From NCBI GenBank assembly GCA_964016885.1, contig OZ024750.1, positions 12,338,001 through 12,402,000 of the forward strand: a stretch of DNA of 64,000 nt. The letters run 5' to 3'. Below the pieces are notes generated by a model that saw only the letters and a program-made list of their open reading frames with translations, made no database searches and was not told where the DNA came from. The stretch's first letter is position 1; each line of letters opens with the position of its first letter. Origin of the DNA: Eledone cirrhosa. Taxonomy: Eukaryota. The position numbers and the translations under genes were made by a program. Positions 24,856-37,854 of the stretch are shown in pieces.

Positions 24856-27800
24856 TGATTGTGCATGTGTAAATACAGAGATGTATTTGTGTTGTGTGAT
24901 TCTATTACTGATTCAAAGTTTTGTTACTGTGCATGTTTAATCAACAATAGAATAAACATAATCATTATACAAGATCATTACATGGTTTTTGTTGATTTAG
25001 TTTGAAACAGTCTTTGTTAGCAAGTAAAACAGCGTTTTATTATATTTCTAGACTTTCTACAATGCCTCACTTTCTAGCCATATATACTGTGATCAACAAA
25101 CTTTCAAGTTATGAAATTATCCTTCTAGTAATGTTTCATACAAACATAAAATTAGAGATTTGTTTTTGCCCACAAGGTATCACATAAATTTATTAAGACT
25201 ATTCTATATTTGTAAAAATATGCTTCAATCATTTTTATTTTTTATTTATTTCTATTTTTGAATTATAAAAATAATTTGCTAGTTCAACTTTTAAAATAGC
25301 TAATCCTACTTTAGCAGAAAATTTTTAAAAGAAATACAATTCAATAAAAAAAAAATGTTATTTCAATCACAAGACCAAAACGATAGAATTAGAAATAGAA
25401 AGAACCTAATTAAAATAATAGCAGATTACCTTTGTAATGATCTGTGATCTGTGAGGCAGAAAAATATTGGTTACATCCAGACAAGAATGAAGCTGGCAAT
25501 GTTTAATTAAACTCAAAGTGTAAATTGAGCCTTCATTAAATATTGCACACAATAAAAAAAAAAAAAAAGCTATCATTTTTCTATTTCTAACTAAATTTTC
25601 TTTTTTCATTTATTAGAAATTATTATTGTATTAATATTATTTTATTAATAGCATTCACAGTTTTGTTAACCCTTTCATATTAACACATATACTCATGTAT
25701 AAGTCATATCGTTTTTCTTTTTTCACAAAGTAACTGAAAAAAAACCCTAGCATATTTATTGGATCAAAGTATACAATGAAATTATACCTGTGATATATAT
25801 ATATATATTTCTTTAGGTTTGATGGTTCATCACTGAATAGAACTGGTCATTCCGTATAGTCAACCATGATATAATATTAGGAAAAAGCACTCAAATTTCA
25901 CCAGTCCGGCCTCCTGTCATTTTACTCAATAATATATATATATATGTGAAATGACATTAAGACAGATGTTACATAGTTGTATTTATTGCATAATACGTAT
26001 TTCAGTAAGACCAACTAACATAAGGAGGAATTATAATAATCTGTAGAATATGCCAGCATCCCATCCTGTATTACAACCATTTCCTCTGGAGATGCATGGC
26101 AATGAGATAAAGGATTTAAAATATACTACCTTTTGGTTTATTTTAGTAAACATTTGTCTGAAATTTTTGTTAAAATAGTGGATATTCACGAGTGAACCTT
26201 CTATATGTGAGTTATAGAAAGTTAAATGTCAAATATTCCTCCTGATATTTCAACTACAAAATTCAGAAATATTCTCTCAAGGATTTTATTTTCTTTCTCC
26301 TCCTTTCATCACTATCCTTTTCCTTATAACTTATTTCCTGTACTCTCCTATTTTCTTTATATATGCCTCATTGTTTTCAGCTATTATGTCTACTCCACCT
26401 ATCTTGATGTTTTTTTGATATTTTTGTCTAGTTGTAAGAAAGACAATTCATGTAAAAATAATTGGCAACTTCATAGCAAATCTAATAAAAAAAAAGAAAA
26501 TAACAAAACAATGCAAAAGGAGGAATAAAACAACAACACCTTACAATAAACATAACCATTTTCATATGATGGTTGAACAAAAATGCTATCTGGCACTTTC
26601 AATGATTTTAGCAGAGTCTACACTATCTCAAACATTTCACTCTCTTTCTTTGTGTTTATATCTACATGTACTGTTTCACCTGTGAAGCATACCAATGGAA
26701 GTGATGTTATAAAATATATGAAATATTTAGATCCACAATCTAAGGAAGAGATTGCCAGATATTGTTCATCTCCTGGGCTGTAATTCTATATCCTCTTCTT
26801 CCTTTCTTCATCTCAATAAACTACTATAAGTTTATAAAAGGTCTAACTAAGAATTCTGACATTCAACAGCTCTCTATGAAAAGTCATATAACTGTCAGAG
26901 GCAACCCATAAATTCAATTCTTTGTAATATCTACAGTAAAATATAAAAATAACAATAATAAAGTAGAATATCAAAATTAATTACTAATATAATTGACATT
27001 TCTCTTCTTACAGTAACACCTGTAAGTCTGTAAGACATCTTTTCTTGCACATAAATCCTTATTATCTCTTTATCTCCAAGAAACAAATCTTTCACCAACT
27101 TATCTCAACCTAAACTACTTGGACATACAAACGATATTGAAATATCAGATAACATATTAAGATTTTTCTGTTGCAGTCACGTTTATTTCACATTTTATAT
27201 GTCAACATGGGTTTTAAATATACTCAGTAGAGTACATTTACTTATGTTCTTGACAAGTTTACTACTGCTTATCCAACCTATGTGCCATGAATAAAGATGT
27301 TTATGATGAAATGGAATAGGTGTATATTTTTTAGCTGGAAAAAAACTGAAGTACCTAGAAACAAGTAAAAACACACACAATCTAAAATTGTAATGCCTCT
27401 AACCTTTTATACCGTCTTTATTTTGAAACTAGCATTTCTATAAAACTGTAATCTTCACTTGTAACACACACTACTCCCATCCTTAAGTTACATACATGCT
27501 ATGACTAAATCTGTGTTATCAAATAACAGAGATGATTGCGTTGCATACATAATATCATTGTTTTTTGTTATGCACTCATCTATTTATATATAACAGAATA
27601 TTTTCAATGCAGAATATTACAAACATAGAACATTGTACAGTATTTTCATTGCTGAATATTTCCATTTTAAGCAAAACATTTTCTACAAAATATTTCTATT
27701 ATCAAACAGTTTCATTGTAGCTCAAATAATTCATTTCTAATATCACTAATTCTAAGACATTTTTTTTCTAAAATGGAAGAAATTATTAACAGGATATTAA

Positions 27801-28114
27801 GAGATTATTTACACACTAGAGGAATCTAAATTGTTAACATTGTCAATACGAATTAATAAATTTAGATGCATGTATTTAATAAACTTATGTTCAACCCTTG
27901 CTAGCAGGGAAAACGGATATTAAATGATGATGATAATGATGATGAATAAAATTCCTAATGTACAAATTTGTTCTCAAACATGCTTTGAGAATAGTTGAAT
28001 ATTTATTTAATAAAATCAATAGAAGTGTTCATATTTTTATTTAACTTATTCTTTATATTTTTATAGTCAACAATCATCTAAGGCTAAAATATTTTCCAAT
28101 GGAATGAAGTAAAA

Positions 28115-28281
28115 GTAAAGTTAGTACATTAAGCCATATGGAAACGGAAACTTTTATTAACACATGAATAATTCTTTTCTTATTCTCTTAATTTCTTTCT
28201 TCTTAATCTTGAAAAAGAGCTTACGCTCAAAACATTCATAAAAAGTTTACTTTTACGCATGGCTTAATACACTGACTTTAC
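28115..28281. repeat. Diverged inverted repeat enclosing a decayed hammerhead-like motif (28208-28236)
   Basis: gtaaagttagtacattaagccatatggaaacggaaactttt pairs with aaaagtttacttttacgcatggcttaatacactgactttac. The inner 'ttgaaaa a gagc ttac gctc aaaa catt' resembles CTGAAGA-A-stem-GAAACGTT. Confidence 0.5.
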
Positions 28282-28494
28282 CTGTATTTAATTATAATAT
28301 TTTCCACAAGCTTACCTTTACCAAAACAAATCCTCAACCGAATTCCTGGATTCTAGAATTCATAAAATAAATTCAGATATTAAAAAAAATTATTTTGACC
28401 AAATATGATTTCTCTACAAGATAATGTTAGAGATGGGTAACCCAAACATGTTTAGCCTCTGTAGAATATACATCTACTTTGGTGTTGTTAATGT

Positions 28495-28805
28495 ACCAGC
28501 TCATGTAGGTGATACGACAAAAAGCACCCAGTCCTCACTCTAAAGTAGTCATGTAGGAGACACAGTAGAAAGGCTCCCAGTCCTCACTGTAAAGTGGTTA
28601 TGTAGGAGACGGGGTAAAAAGGCTTCCAGTACTCACTGTAAATATGGTTGGTGTTAGGAAGGGTATGCTGCTGTAGAAAACCTGCCAGAAACAGTTCTAT
28701 AGAAGCAAGACATGGTCACCCGACCAATCTTATGTCAAGTAGGACAATCCTGTCTAACCCATGCTAGCGTGGAAGATGGACGTTAAACGATGATGATGAT
28801 GATGA
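28495..28805 (+). mobile_element. RTE/SINE 3' tail with about 3 internal 48-bp units
   Basis: Ends 'ctaacccatgctagcgtggaagatggacgttaaac(gat)n'. Confidence 0.85.
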
Positions 28806-28975
28806 AGCTCAGTAATATTTTCTATATTAAATTTTGTTGTATACACTCTACTAATGTATTGAGTATCTTATTTACTGTGGTTACACCCTGATTTAATCCG
28901 ACACACTCAGGCACACTCGCACGCAGGCACGCACCCACTCACACACGCATGCACATACGCACGCACAATTACACA

Positions 28976-29027
<52 letters not shown>

Positions 29028-29379
29028 ACACACACACACATATATATAGTTTCAAATTGAGTAATGTCAAGAATGTCTTATTTGATAGCACAGAATTCCA
29101 GCCAATTGTTGAGTGGTATGACTAATTGGGTGTAAGATTATTCTTCTAATTTAATTTTCAATTATTGATGCATGCTCACATATATTAGGAATAATCCATT
29201 ATCAGAGATTCATTCTTATAGTTTCTTCAATAAGCAATCAGTTAGCCAGCATTGAATTAATATTATTGCATCATTAATTTATTATATTCATTATTTTTAT
29301 ATTTATATTATATTTGTTTTTCATTTGATTATAAATATTATTATTGCTCTTATGATTACCATATACCAGAATCAGATTG

Positions 29380-30010
29380 TATGGAGTTTGTGTAAGAAAT
29401 CTGATGCATTATGACAGTGAAACATAGGAAGAGATATTGAGAGAAGCTGGGCAGAAATGAGATGGATATCAGCTGCTGAATATGTAAAGTTAACTTGTAT
29501 GGAAAGTGAGTTAAGATTGTGGTTGGATATTAAAATATTAGCCAAAAGATGCAGAAGAAATTATTGTACTTATTATAGACAGGTGTGGAGGTATGTGGCC
29601 TAGTGGTAAGGGTGTTGGACTTACAATCATAATGTTGTGGGTTCGATTCCTGGGCTGGGTTGTGTTCTTGAGCAAAACACTTCATTTCATGTTGCTCCAG
29701 TATACTCAGCTGAAAATGAGTACCAGCAATAGCTGGGGGTTTAACCCTGTGATAGACTGGTGTCTTTTACTCTCAGTCGCTTCATGCCATAAAACCAGGA
29801 TAAGCACTGGTCAAACGAACCTTCTGGCTTAAAACAGACTTTAGACTTATAGACAAGAGATGTGAATGGATGCTGTGAGGAACAGTATAATGTATTTTTA
29901 GTGAGAGGGTACCTACTGAAAAAAAGGTTAGAGAAGATACATGAGGGAAATGTGAGGTCAGATTTTAAGACACTGAGCCTAACAGAAGAAATTGTGAAAA
30001 ACGAGATGGC
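29380..30010 (+). mobile_element. Highly decayed RTE C-terminal region split by a SINE insertion
   Basis: Left part gives 'VCVRNLMHYDSET*' (compare ACVR..MLYGSETW). Right part gives 'VRSDFKTLSLTEE' (compare 46340-46460). Confidence 0.5.
29581..29850 (+). mobile_element. tRNA-derived SINE, head A-like with body type 3
   Basis: TGGCCTAGTGG A box, GGGTTCGATTCC B box, 'cttgagcaaaacacttcatttcatgttgctccag', a distinct 3' body and an (agactt) tail. Confidence 0.8.
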
Positions 30011-30389
30011 TCATTATATACTATAGAACACATTCCTCCAATCCATACCATCATAGTATATCAGATATGATATTTCCTAGAAGATGACAAATTGCTTTTT
30101 GTATATTTAGCCATGTCAACTAGTTGATAAACTATTGATCTATGTTAAGATAATTTAATGATCATTTGGACTTTCATTTCCTCTTATTAAGTTGATGGCC
30201 TAATAATATTTGTATTACTCAATTACACGTTCCAGCTGACTGGCTTAGGCCATGCTGGGGCACTGCCATTGAATATTATTTAGTACTGTTTTGTTTTATA
30301 GCAAAGCAGCCTCTATATATTTTATTTTGAAACAGATTCCTAATATTTATTAAACAATCATTGCCACAGTAATTCTTTAGTATACATCT

Positions 30390-30690
30390 AAACCAGCCAG
30401 CTTGGACCTTCCCACAAAGCAATCGGTGTCCCTTAATTGGGTCTGCACAGCACATGCCAGGACAGCCCATCATCTCCATCAATGGAAAATTAAAGAAAGC
30501 CCAGCATGTGACTGTAGGGACCCTGACCAGTCAGTGCTGCATGTGGTTTGGAATTGCTCCCTCAGATGTTTTCCCGGCTGCCTTGAGGCAATCCATAATG
30601 CTGCAAACGATGCCTTGGTCTAGCTCACGGGTCTTGACTTGCCTCTCTATCTATTGTGCATATGTCATATGACAAGAGGAAGAAGAAGAC
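30390..30690 (+). mobile_element. Ingi/Vingi-like LINE 3' end with zinc-knuckle-like motif
   Basis: DLPTKQSVSLNWVCTAHARTAHHLHQWKIKESPACDCRDPDQSVLHVVWNC has a CxC..H..C motif (compare 'DLPR..W..LNRLRTG.GR....H.WG...SP.C.CG...QT..HI...CP'). 3' end is 'catatgacaagaggaagaagaaga'. Clade assignment is from recall only. Confidence 0.7.
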
Positions 30691-30694
30691 TATA

Positions 30695-30850
30695 ATCTAG
30701 AGAAATATTCTCTGAAATAAGTTAATTCTTTAGATTTCTAGAGAAATGTCTTCTGAAATAAATTAATTGTTTAATATATAATCTAGAGAAATCTTCTCTG
30801 AATTAAGTTAATTCTTTAGTTTTCTAGAGAAATGTATTCTAAAATAAATA
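30695..30850 (+). repeat. Tandem repeat, 41-46-bp unit x4 (dimeric higher-order pattern)
   Basis: Four 'tctagagaaat....ct(g/a)aa(a/t)taa' units. Units 1 and 3 are more alike, as are units 2 and 4. Confidence 0.8.
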
Positions 30851-31984
30851 TGAGATCTCTATTAAATGCTGCTTTGTTACAAAATATATTTCCCAGATGT
30901 TTGTTAGTCCTTGAAAAATTATTCTCTTATATGAAGCTGTTTTTATCTTTTGGCAGCAATAATTGCTAAATACAGCTTAAAGATATTTCCATTTCTTCTA
31001 ACTGATGTAACTCATCAACATGCAGAAGCATGTTGAATTTAGAGTTTCTCAATGTAAATAAATCAGTTATTCCCAGCAAATCTGATATATGTTTATCTCA
31101 TCCAAGAAGGGGGAACAAAAAAAAAAGTGATTATCTTTTATCTTATTCCCTCTGTGCCAATAATATTCATTGAATGTATTTACTTACATATTCTTACCAA
31201 TGAAACACAATAAAGAAATGTTTTATTTCTATTTATTTCTATGTTGTTGTTATCCAGAATATTTTATTTAAACACAGCATTGCTATGAAGCCCCAGAAGT
31301 GAAACAAACCAGCCTGTCTGGTTAATCATAGTTTATAGTTGACCACACATTCAAATACATTCTTTTTTTTAAATGGAAAGCAGAACATAAACGTAGTTGA
31401 GTGCTCTCTCTCTCTCTCACTCTCTCCAGCCCCTCTCTCTCCCTCTCCAGCCCCTCTCTCTCTCCCTCTCCACACACACTCTCTCTCCCTCTCCACACAC
31501 ACACACTCTCTCCACCCTCTCTCTAAATCTATGAAGCAATGAACAAACCATATTGTCCATGTCCTTCATTTTTTTTTTGTTTTATGTAAAACTCTAAAGT
31601 AAATAACAATATACAGTAATAATGAAATAATAACTATATAATGTTAATCTAATAGCTTCCCATAAACCATTCTCCATTTACACACTAAACAGTAGAAATA
31701 GAGAATCTGAAATGAAAACTTGCATGTTTAGAATTTAAACAAATCAAATCAGTTGGGTTTTTGAAAGAAAAAAACTCAGGAAAAGAGGAAAAAAACAACA
31801 ACAAAACCTCCCAGAAAAACAGGAAAAAAATCCCCCCAAACAAATAATTCCTTATCAACAAACCAGTTTTACTCAATATTTATATCGAATTTAGAAAACA
31901 AAACAGATCCCATGGAATTTACTTTTCTGTTAACATGAATCTTCAAATATATAATTCATTATTATTATTATTATTATTACTAAA

Positions 31985-32370
31985 GGGCGGTGGATTGGCA
32001 GTATTGGCAGAGAGTCGGACGCCATGCTTTGATGCATAGAGTTACGTCCCTTGCCATTCTAAGTTCAAATCCCGCCAAGGTTAACTTTGCCTTTCATCCT
32101 TACAGGGTCGGGTCGATAAAATAAAGTACCAGTAATACACTGGGTAATTGCTGGCCTTGTGCCAAAAGTAGAAACAATTATTATTATTACTAAAGGCGGT
32201 AGATTGGCAGAGAGTCGGACGCCATGCTTTGATGCATAGAGTTACGTCCCTTGCCAATCTGAGTTCAAATCCCGCCGAGGTTAACTTTGCCTTTCATCCT
32301 TACGGGGTCGATAAAATAAAGTACCAGTAATGCACTGGGTAAATGCTGGCCTTGTGCCAAACGTAGAAAC

Positions 32371-32400
<30 letters not shown>
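31985..32400 (+). mobile_element. Tandem dimer of SINE group B
   Basis: Two near-identical units of about 200 bp 'ggcggt(g/a)gattggcag...gttcaaatcccgcc..ggttaactttgcctttcatccttac.gggtcgataaaataaagtaccag...ggccttgtgcc', each ending in (ATT)n. Confidence 0.9.
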
Positions 32401-32403
<3 letters not shown>

Positions 32404-33064
32404 ATTGTTTATTTAGTTATTTATCATCACCATCATCATTACCATTATCACCATAATCATCACATCACCATCACCATCACCACCATCATCACCATCACCA
32501 TCATCATCATCGTGGTTTTGTTTTAATCTTTATTTTAACACAACTGCATAAAACTGCATCTTTTTCTGTAGGATAGCACGTTTTCCTGTTTACTAATTTC
32601 TAAATATCCCTAGAGTCTACCTTCATTTCATTCTCTTATTGACGTGCATGTTTATATATTCTATATAACGTGTGTATATATATATATATATGTATACATA
32701 TAAATCCTCATGTTTAAACATTTTCATATTTCCACTTTTCTTTCTCATAAATGTTTATTATGCATATTTCTACATTTATCTATGTCTTTATAAATTCCTG
32801 CTTCCTTGTCTTACATGTATCAATAAATTTAATGTTTCATGCTTTCTTAATGCAGGTTATATGTTACTATAGTTTCAATGTTTTTAGAAAATCAAGTAAT
32901 TCAGAATTCACCAGAAATGTTGGACTTATTTCTCCATGCTAAATGCCAAAATATTGTTTGCAACACGTATATTTCTGCTTCATTTTTTCTCTCTCTCTAC
33001 AAGCAGAAACATTTCCTATAAGCATAAAATAAAGAACACTAAGAGGTAGGCAGTCACACACACA

Positions 33065-33150
33065 AAGAACACAACATGAAACCCAGGAATTGAACTCACA
33101 ACATTCTGATCATAAGTCCAACACCTTTACCACTAGGCCACATGCCTCCA
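33065..33150 (-). mobile_element. Isolated SINE head A (tRNA-like part)
   Basis: Reverse complement reads 'ggaggcatgtggcctagtggtaaaggtgttggactt...gagttcaattcctggg'. Confidence 0.7.
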
Positions 33151-33179
33151 CTGAGATATATATATATTGATATATATAT

Positions 33180-33575
33180 CATCATCATCATCACCGTCTT
33201 TACGTCCGTTCTTCCATGCTAGCATGGGTTAGATGGGTTGACCTGTTGTGGGCTGTGTCTGGTCGGCTGACCTTGTCTTGCTCATAAGGGAACTGATTCT
33301 GGCTTCATTTCTACAGCTGGATGCCCTTCCTAACACCAACCTCATTTACAGTGAGTGATGGGTGCTTTTTTTTTCTGTGGCACCTCCATGACTACTTTGC
33401 AGTGGAATGATAGGGACCCCAGTCCCTATCATCTCATTTCTACAGCTGAGTAAACTGGAGCAATGTGAAATAAAATGTCTTGCTCAAGGAAACAACACGT
33501 CACCCGGTCCAAGAATTGAACTCACAACCTTTCGATTGCAAACCCAATGCTCTAACCACTAAGCCATGCGCCTTC
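33180..33575 (-). mobile_element. Full-length SINE, head A with RTE tail
   Basis: Reverse complement of 51611-52053, with one fewer 48-bp unit. Confidence 0.9.
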
Positions 33576-33675
33576 ATCATAATTAAAAACTTAAAAAGGT
33601 TCAATGAATTCATCAATGAATAAAGTTTCACAATAGATTAGAAGCACTCTACAGTAAGGTTTTCTGGAGTTATTA

Positions 33676-33891
33676 ATTACTTCAAAATATTAATAAATTT
33701 AGACATTCATGTGATCAAATATATTTTATTATACATATTTCAGAGGTGCTGAGCTATTTCAACAGTATGTCCTCATCAGATAAAATAAGTTGATGCCTGA
33801 CATACCTGTTGAAATAGCTCAGTACCTCTGAAATATGTATAATAAAATATATTTGATGACATGAATGTCTATATTTATTAATATTTTGAAG

Positions 33892-33895
<4 letters not shown>
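33676..33895. repeat. Long fold-back (about 96-bp arms, about 27-bp spacer) abutting (TA)n, containing a decayed hammerhead-like core
   Basis: attacttcaaaatattaataaa...gagctatttcaacagtatgtc (33676-33771) pairs with gacatacctgttgaaatagctc...tttattaatattttgaagtaat (33799-33895). Minus strand reads CTGATGA g gac atact gtt GAAA tagc TC. Confidence 0.85.
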
Positions 33896-33950
<55 letters not shown>

Positions 33951-34249
33951 GTGTGGGAGGAAAGGAATATGTTGCCTTCCCAGAAATAGAATTTATCATT
34001 GTAACCTTTTGTCTGTGTCTTCTCTTAATTAGAACTAAGGCAGTGTTTAGGTCTTAATCCACCTAATTGGTTCACTGGCTATCTGAAATGTATTACAGTC
34101 TGTAAATATATTTACAACATACAAATCTATCAAACCATTTCTGTCATCAATTCTTCTAACATCGTTATTAACCTCCAAGCACAACAGTGAGTCCAGCTTG
34201 ATGTACTTTTTTGTTTTTTGGGTTTTCTAATAAAATTCCACCTTGTTCT

Positions 34250-34252
<3 letters not shown>

Positions 34253-34345
<93 letters not shown>

Positions 34346-34362
34346 CCCCCCCCCTCTCTCTC
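34253..34362. repeat. (CT)n microsatellite
   Basis: Direct reading. Confidence 0.95.
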
Positions 34363-34594
34363 ACACACACATATCTATATATCTTCATATCTTCTCTATT
34401 GTATAATATAATTTTACAGATATATTGTGTTTCTCATCAATAACTGAAGCATTACAATTCAATTATTGAATATGATTTCCACAATTACTTTAATAATTTA
34501 CTGCTAAGAATTCGAATGATTAACTTTCAGAAGGAACATATATCAGGTCATTAAGTATGAAATGTCCGATTTTGAATTGGAAATGTATAAGGAA

Positions 34595-34928
34595 CGACTT
34601 CCCACAAGTACAAGCCGAAGCTGAAGCATATAGACAATATGCCCCCACCCTCTCCCACTGCAAAGTGGTCATGGAGATGTCACTACAAAAAAAGCATCCA
34701 GCCCACACTGTAAAGTGGTCGTGTAGGTGCAACGGTAAAGAAGCACCCAGCACTAACTGTAAATGAGGTTGGTGTTAGGAAGGGCATCCAGCTGTAGAAA
34801 TCAAGCCAAAATCAGTTCCCATATGAGCAAGACAAGGTCACCTGACCTGGCATTGCCCACAATAGGACAACCCATTTAACCCATGCTAGCGTGAAAGAAT
34901 GGACAAAAACGGTGATGATGATGATGAT
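34595..34928 (+). mobile_element. RTE LINE 3' UTR
   Basis: Starts with the LINE-specific 'cttcccacaagtacaagccgaagctgaagcatatagacaatatgcccc' seen after the RTE ORF end at 3630 and 61415, then the shared tail and (GAT)n. Confidence 0.85.
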
Positions 34929-35489
34929 ATATATATCCATGTGATCAGTGAGGCCTGTGTACAAGCCAACCTCGTTTCTTGCATACAACATACATTAAGT
35001 TGCTTGCTTTCAAACATCTCTTCATTTTGCCTGGATCTAACTCTCAAAATACTTACATTAATAACTCAATCTTGAAACCTTAAAACTAATTTTGGCAATA
35101 ATATAGAACCATATAAATTTCCATTTTAGAAATTAGTATCAATTTTAGCTTTTATCAAATCAAATAGCCTCTTAAGATACATTTTAGCTATCTCTACTCA
35201 TTTCAGAGATTTGTGAAGAGTTAGTACAATAGATAATGAACTGAATTTCATATATTTAAAATAAATCTAAATACAAACTAATTATTGAAGACTATTGTAT
35301 ATTATCACAGCAAGATGTTAACTGCTGCACAATTCCAGTAATTGATGTTGGTAAATGTAAAGCCATTTTAATATTATTGGTAGATTGTTTAGTAAATACA
35401 ATTTTACTGTTTGTCTATAAAACTCCTTGAGTGTATTTGTAGCTATATCTCCTATATTTATTTTGTTTGAAAACATTTAATTGATCATT

Positions 35490-35700
35490 CCTCCTCCCCT
35501 CTTTCTTCTTCTTCTTCTTCTTCTCCTCTTCCTCTTTATTCTCCTTCTTCTTCTTCTTCTTCTTCTTCTTCTTCTTCTTCTTCTTCTTCTTCTTCTTCTT
35601 CTTCTTCTTCTTCTCCTCTTCCTTCTTCTTTTTCTTATCCCCCCCCCCATCCTACCCCATCTCCTTATTCTACTTCTCCTTCACCTTTTTCTTCTCCTCT
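35490..35700. repeat. (CTT)n / pyrimidine-rich tract
   Basis: Direct reading. It explains the poly-Leu ORF. Confidence 0.95.
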
Positions 35701-35707
35701 TCCTTTG

Positions 35708-35850
35708 CCCACTTATTCTTGGGAAGGGTCATAAGGGCAGAATCCTCAAGCAGCATGCCTTCCAGAGATTCCTATCATAATCAGAAGCAACCATCTCCAA
35801 TTGATCCGGCTGGATTCCCAAGCGAGATCAGCCAAGCTTATTCATGGATG
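35708..35850 (-). mobile_element. RTE-like LINE 3' end (second family)
   Basis: Homologous to 12150-12285 and 16288-16390. Confidence 0.65.
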
Positions 35851-36221
35851 TTAAAGATCATGTCCCTTAAAAAATTTGTTATCGTTATCAGTTGCAATGT
35901 CACATATAAACCAGCAGACAACTGAAGAATCTTTCTGGCATGAACAATAAAGATTTAGATTATGAAGCACAAAGAATTTTCAAATTGAAATGCTACTAGC
36001 TAGAGTTATAGTTCACTTAATGAGAAGCCATTTTAAATTCGATCAATACTGACTAGCTGAATGCAATGGAATTTTTAATATGTCATTTTTCATTCAGAAA
36101 ATTATTCTGCTATTAATATTGCAAACAGTTCAAACTATTAACTATGACAATCAATTTGTCCATCTCAATAATTGAATTAAATCAAAAAAGAAAAAAGATG
36201 GAAGCATATATATATATATAT

Positions 36222-36560
36222 GGAGGCACATGGCTTAGTGGTTAGAGCATTGGCCTTGCAATCGAAAGGTTGTGAGTTCAATTCTCAGACCGGGTGATGT
36301 GTTGTTTCCTTGAGCAAGACACTTTATTTCACATTGCTCCAGTTTACTCAGCTGTGGAAATGAGATGATAGGGACAGGGGTCCATATCATTCCACTGCAA
36401 AGTGGTCTTGGAGGTGCCACGGCAAAAAAGCACCCAGCACTCACTGTAAATGAGGTTGGTGTTAGGAAGGGCATCCAACTGTAGAAATGAAGGCAGAATC
36501 AGTTCCCGTCCCACCCTTGCAAGCAGGGAAAAGCGGACGTAAAATGATGATGATGATGAT
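36222..36560 (+). mobile_element. SINE, head A with shortened RTE tail
   Basis: tRNA head, 'ccttgagcaagacac', and a tail ending 'cagttcccgtcccacccttgcaagcagggaaaagcggacgtaaaat(gat)n'. Confidence 0.9.
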
Positions 36561-36868
36561 ATATGTGTATGTGTGTGTGTGTGTATATATATGTGTGTGT
36601 GTATATATATGTGTGTGTGTGTATATATATGTGTGTGTGTATATATGTGTGTGTGTGTATATATATATATATCTATATATATATATGTGTGTGTGTATGT
36701 AAATGTATATATATATATATATATATATACCACCATTATCGTTTAACATCTGCTTTCCCTACTAGCAAAGGTTGGACAAGTCTACATAGAAGTGTACTGA
36801 AGTGGGCCTACTGATTTCTCGGACAAGTTGAAGTTTCTGCGTCTTGCTTATGTAGTCATACATTCAAC

Positions 36869-36907
<39 letters not shown>

Positions 36908-37328
36908 ATGTAAATGTATATATATATATATATGTGAGTGTAGTGCAAGCCAACCTCCATAAGCCTTTTTATTTGTAAACTTTCTACTCCAACCATAATT
37001 TTTCAGTAGCACCACTCCACATAAATTCCTCAATTTAAGAATGACCTGTAACTATTAACCTTATTTGAAAATATATCTGACCAAGAATGCCTTTTGTGAA
37101 AATCAGTCATGTGGAACTATTGTCATCTTGCCTGACGGTTTGGATCTCACAGAACCACCTGCCTCTTTGAGGTCAAATACCAACCTACTACCATCTACAA
37201 ACTGACCAATGAGAATCAAGACCATTCCAGCTGACAACATCAAAGTATTCCTAACAAGCTCATATGTCCCAAGGCTCTGATACCATCAACACTATACACA
37301 CACAGCTGGCATATCTAAGAACTGACTA

Positions 37329-37384
37329 ACTGCCTGATGAGGTCATAGCCATTCAATGGCTATCATCGAAATATATATAGCAGT
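37329..37384 (+). ncRNA. Type I hammerhead ribozyme, apparently intact (predicted cleavage after 37379)
   Basis: actgc CTGATGA ggt c atagccat tca atggctat c atc GAAA tatata TA gcagt. Stem I actgc/gcagt; full CUGANGA and GAAA boxes; G10.1-C11.1 pair; 8-bp distal stem II; palindromic stem III; NUH = AUA. Confidence 0.8.
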
Positions 37385-37449
37385 AAATAAAGGATTATGA
37401 GTTGATGCAATTGACTTATGTTTCGTCACTATATATATATATATACTTT

Positions 37450-37624
37450 TTTGATGAGTTGTGGTGCACCTGGGCACTGTACACAATATTTCATTATTGT
37501 TATTGTTATTATATCATGACTCACACTGTTCATTTTCCTGACACTTTATTATTCTATGTACTATACATGCACCTTTGATGAGTTGTAGTGCACCTGAGCA
37601 CTGTACACAATAATTTCATTATTA
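37450..37624 (+). mobile_element. Two copies of a LINE-like 3' terminus with stem-loop and (ATT)n
   Basis: 'tttgatgagttgt(g/a)gtgcacctg(g/a)gcactgtacacaata..tttcattatt' occurs twice. A third copy lies at 43420-43545. Confidence 0.65.
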
Positions 37625-37819
37625 GCGGTGGATTGGCAGTATCGGTAGAGGGTTGGACGCCATGCTTTCCAGCATAGTTACGTCCCTTTACGATCTGAGT
37701 TCAAATCCCGCCGAGGTTTACTTTGCCTTTCATCCTTACGGGGTCGATAAAATAAAGTACCAGTAATGCACTGGATAATTGCTGGCCTTGTGCCTAAAGT
37801 AGAAACAATTATTATTATT
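37624..37819 (+). mobile_element. SINE group B, full length
   Basis: GAGTTCAAATCC B box, central 'tttgcctttcatccttacggggtcgataaaataaagtaccag', and an (ATT)n tail. Confidence 0.9.
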
Positions 37820-37854
37820 TATATAAATAGTAACACAACAGTTAGTTCACCATA

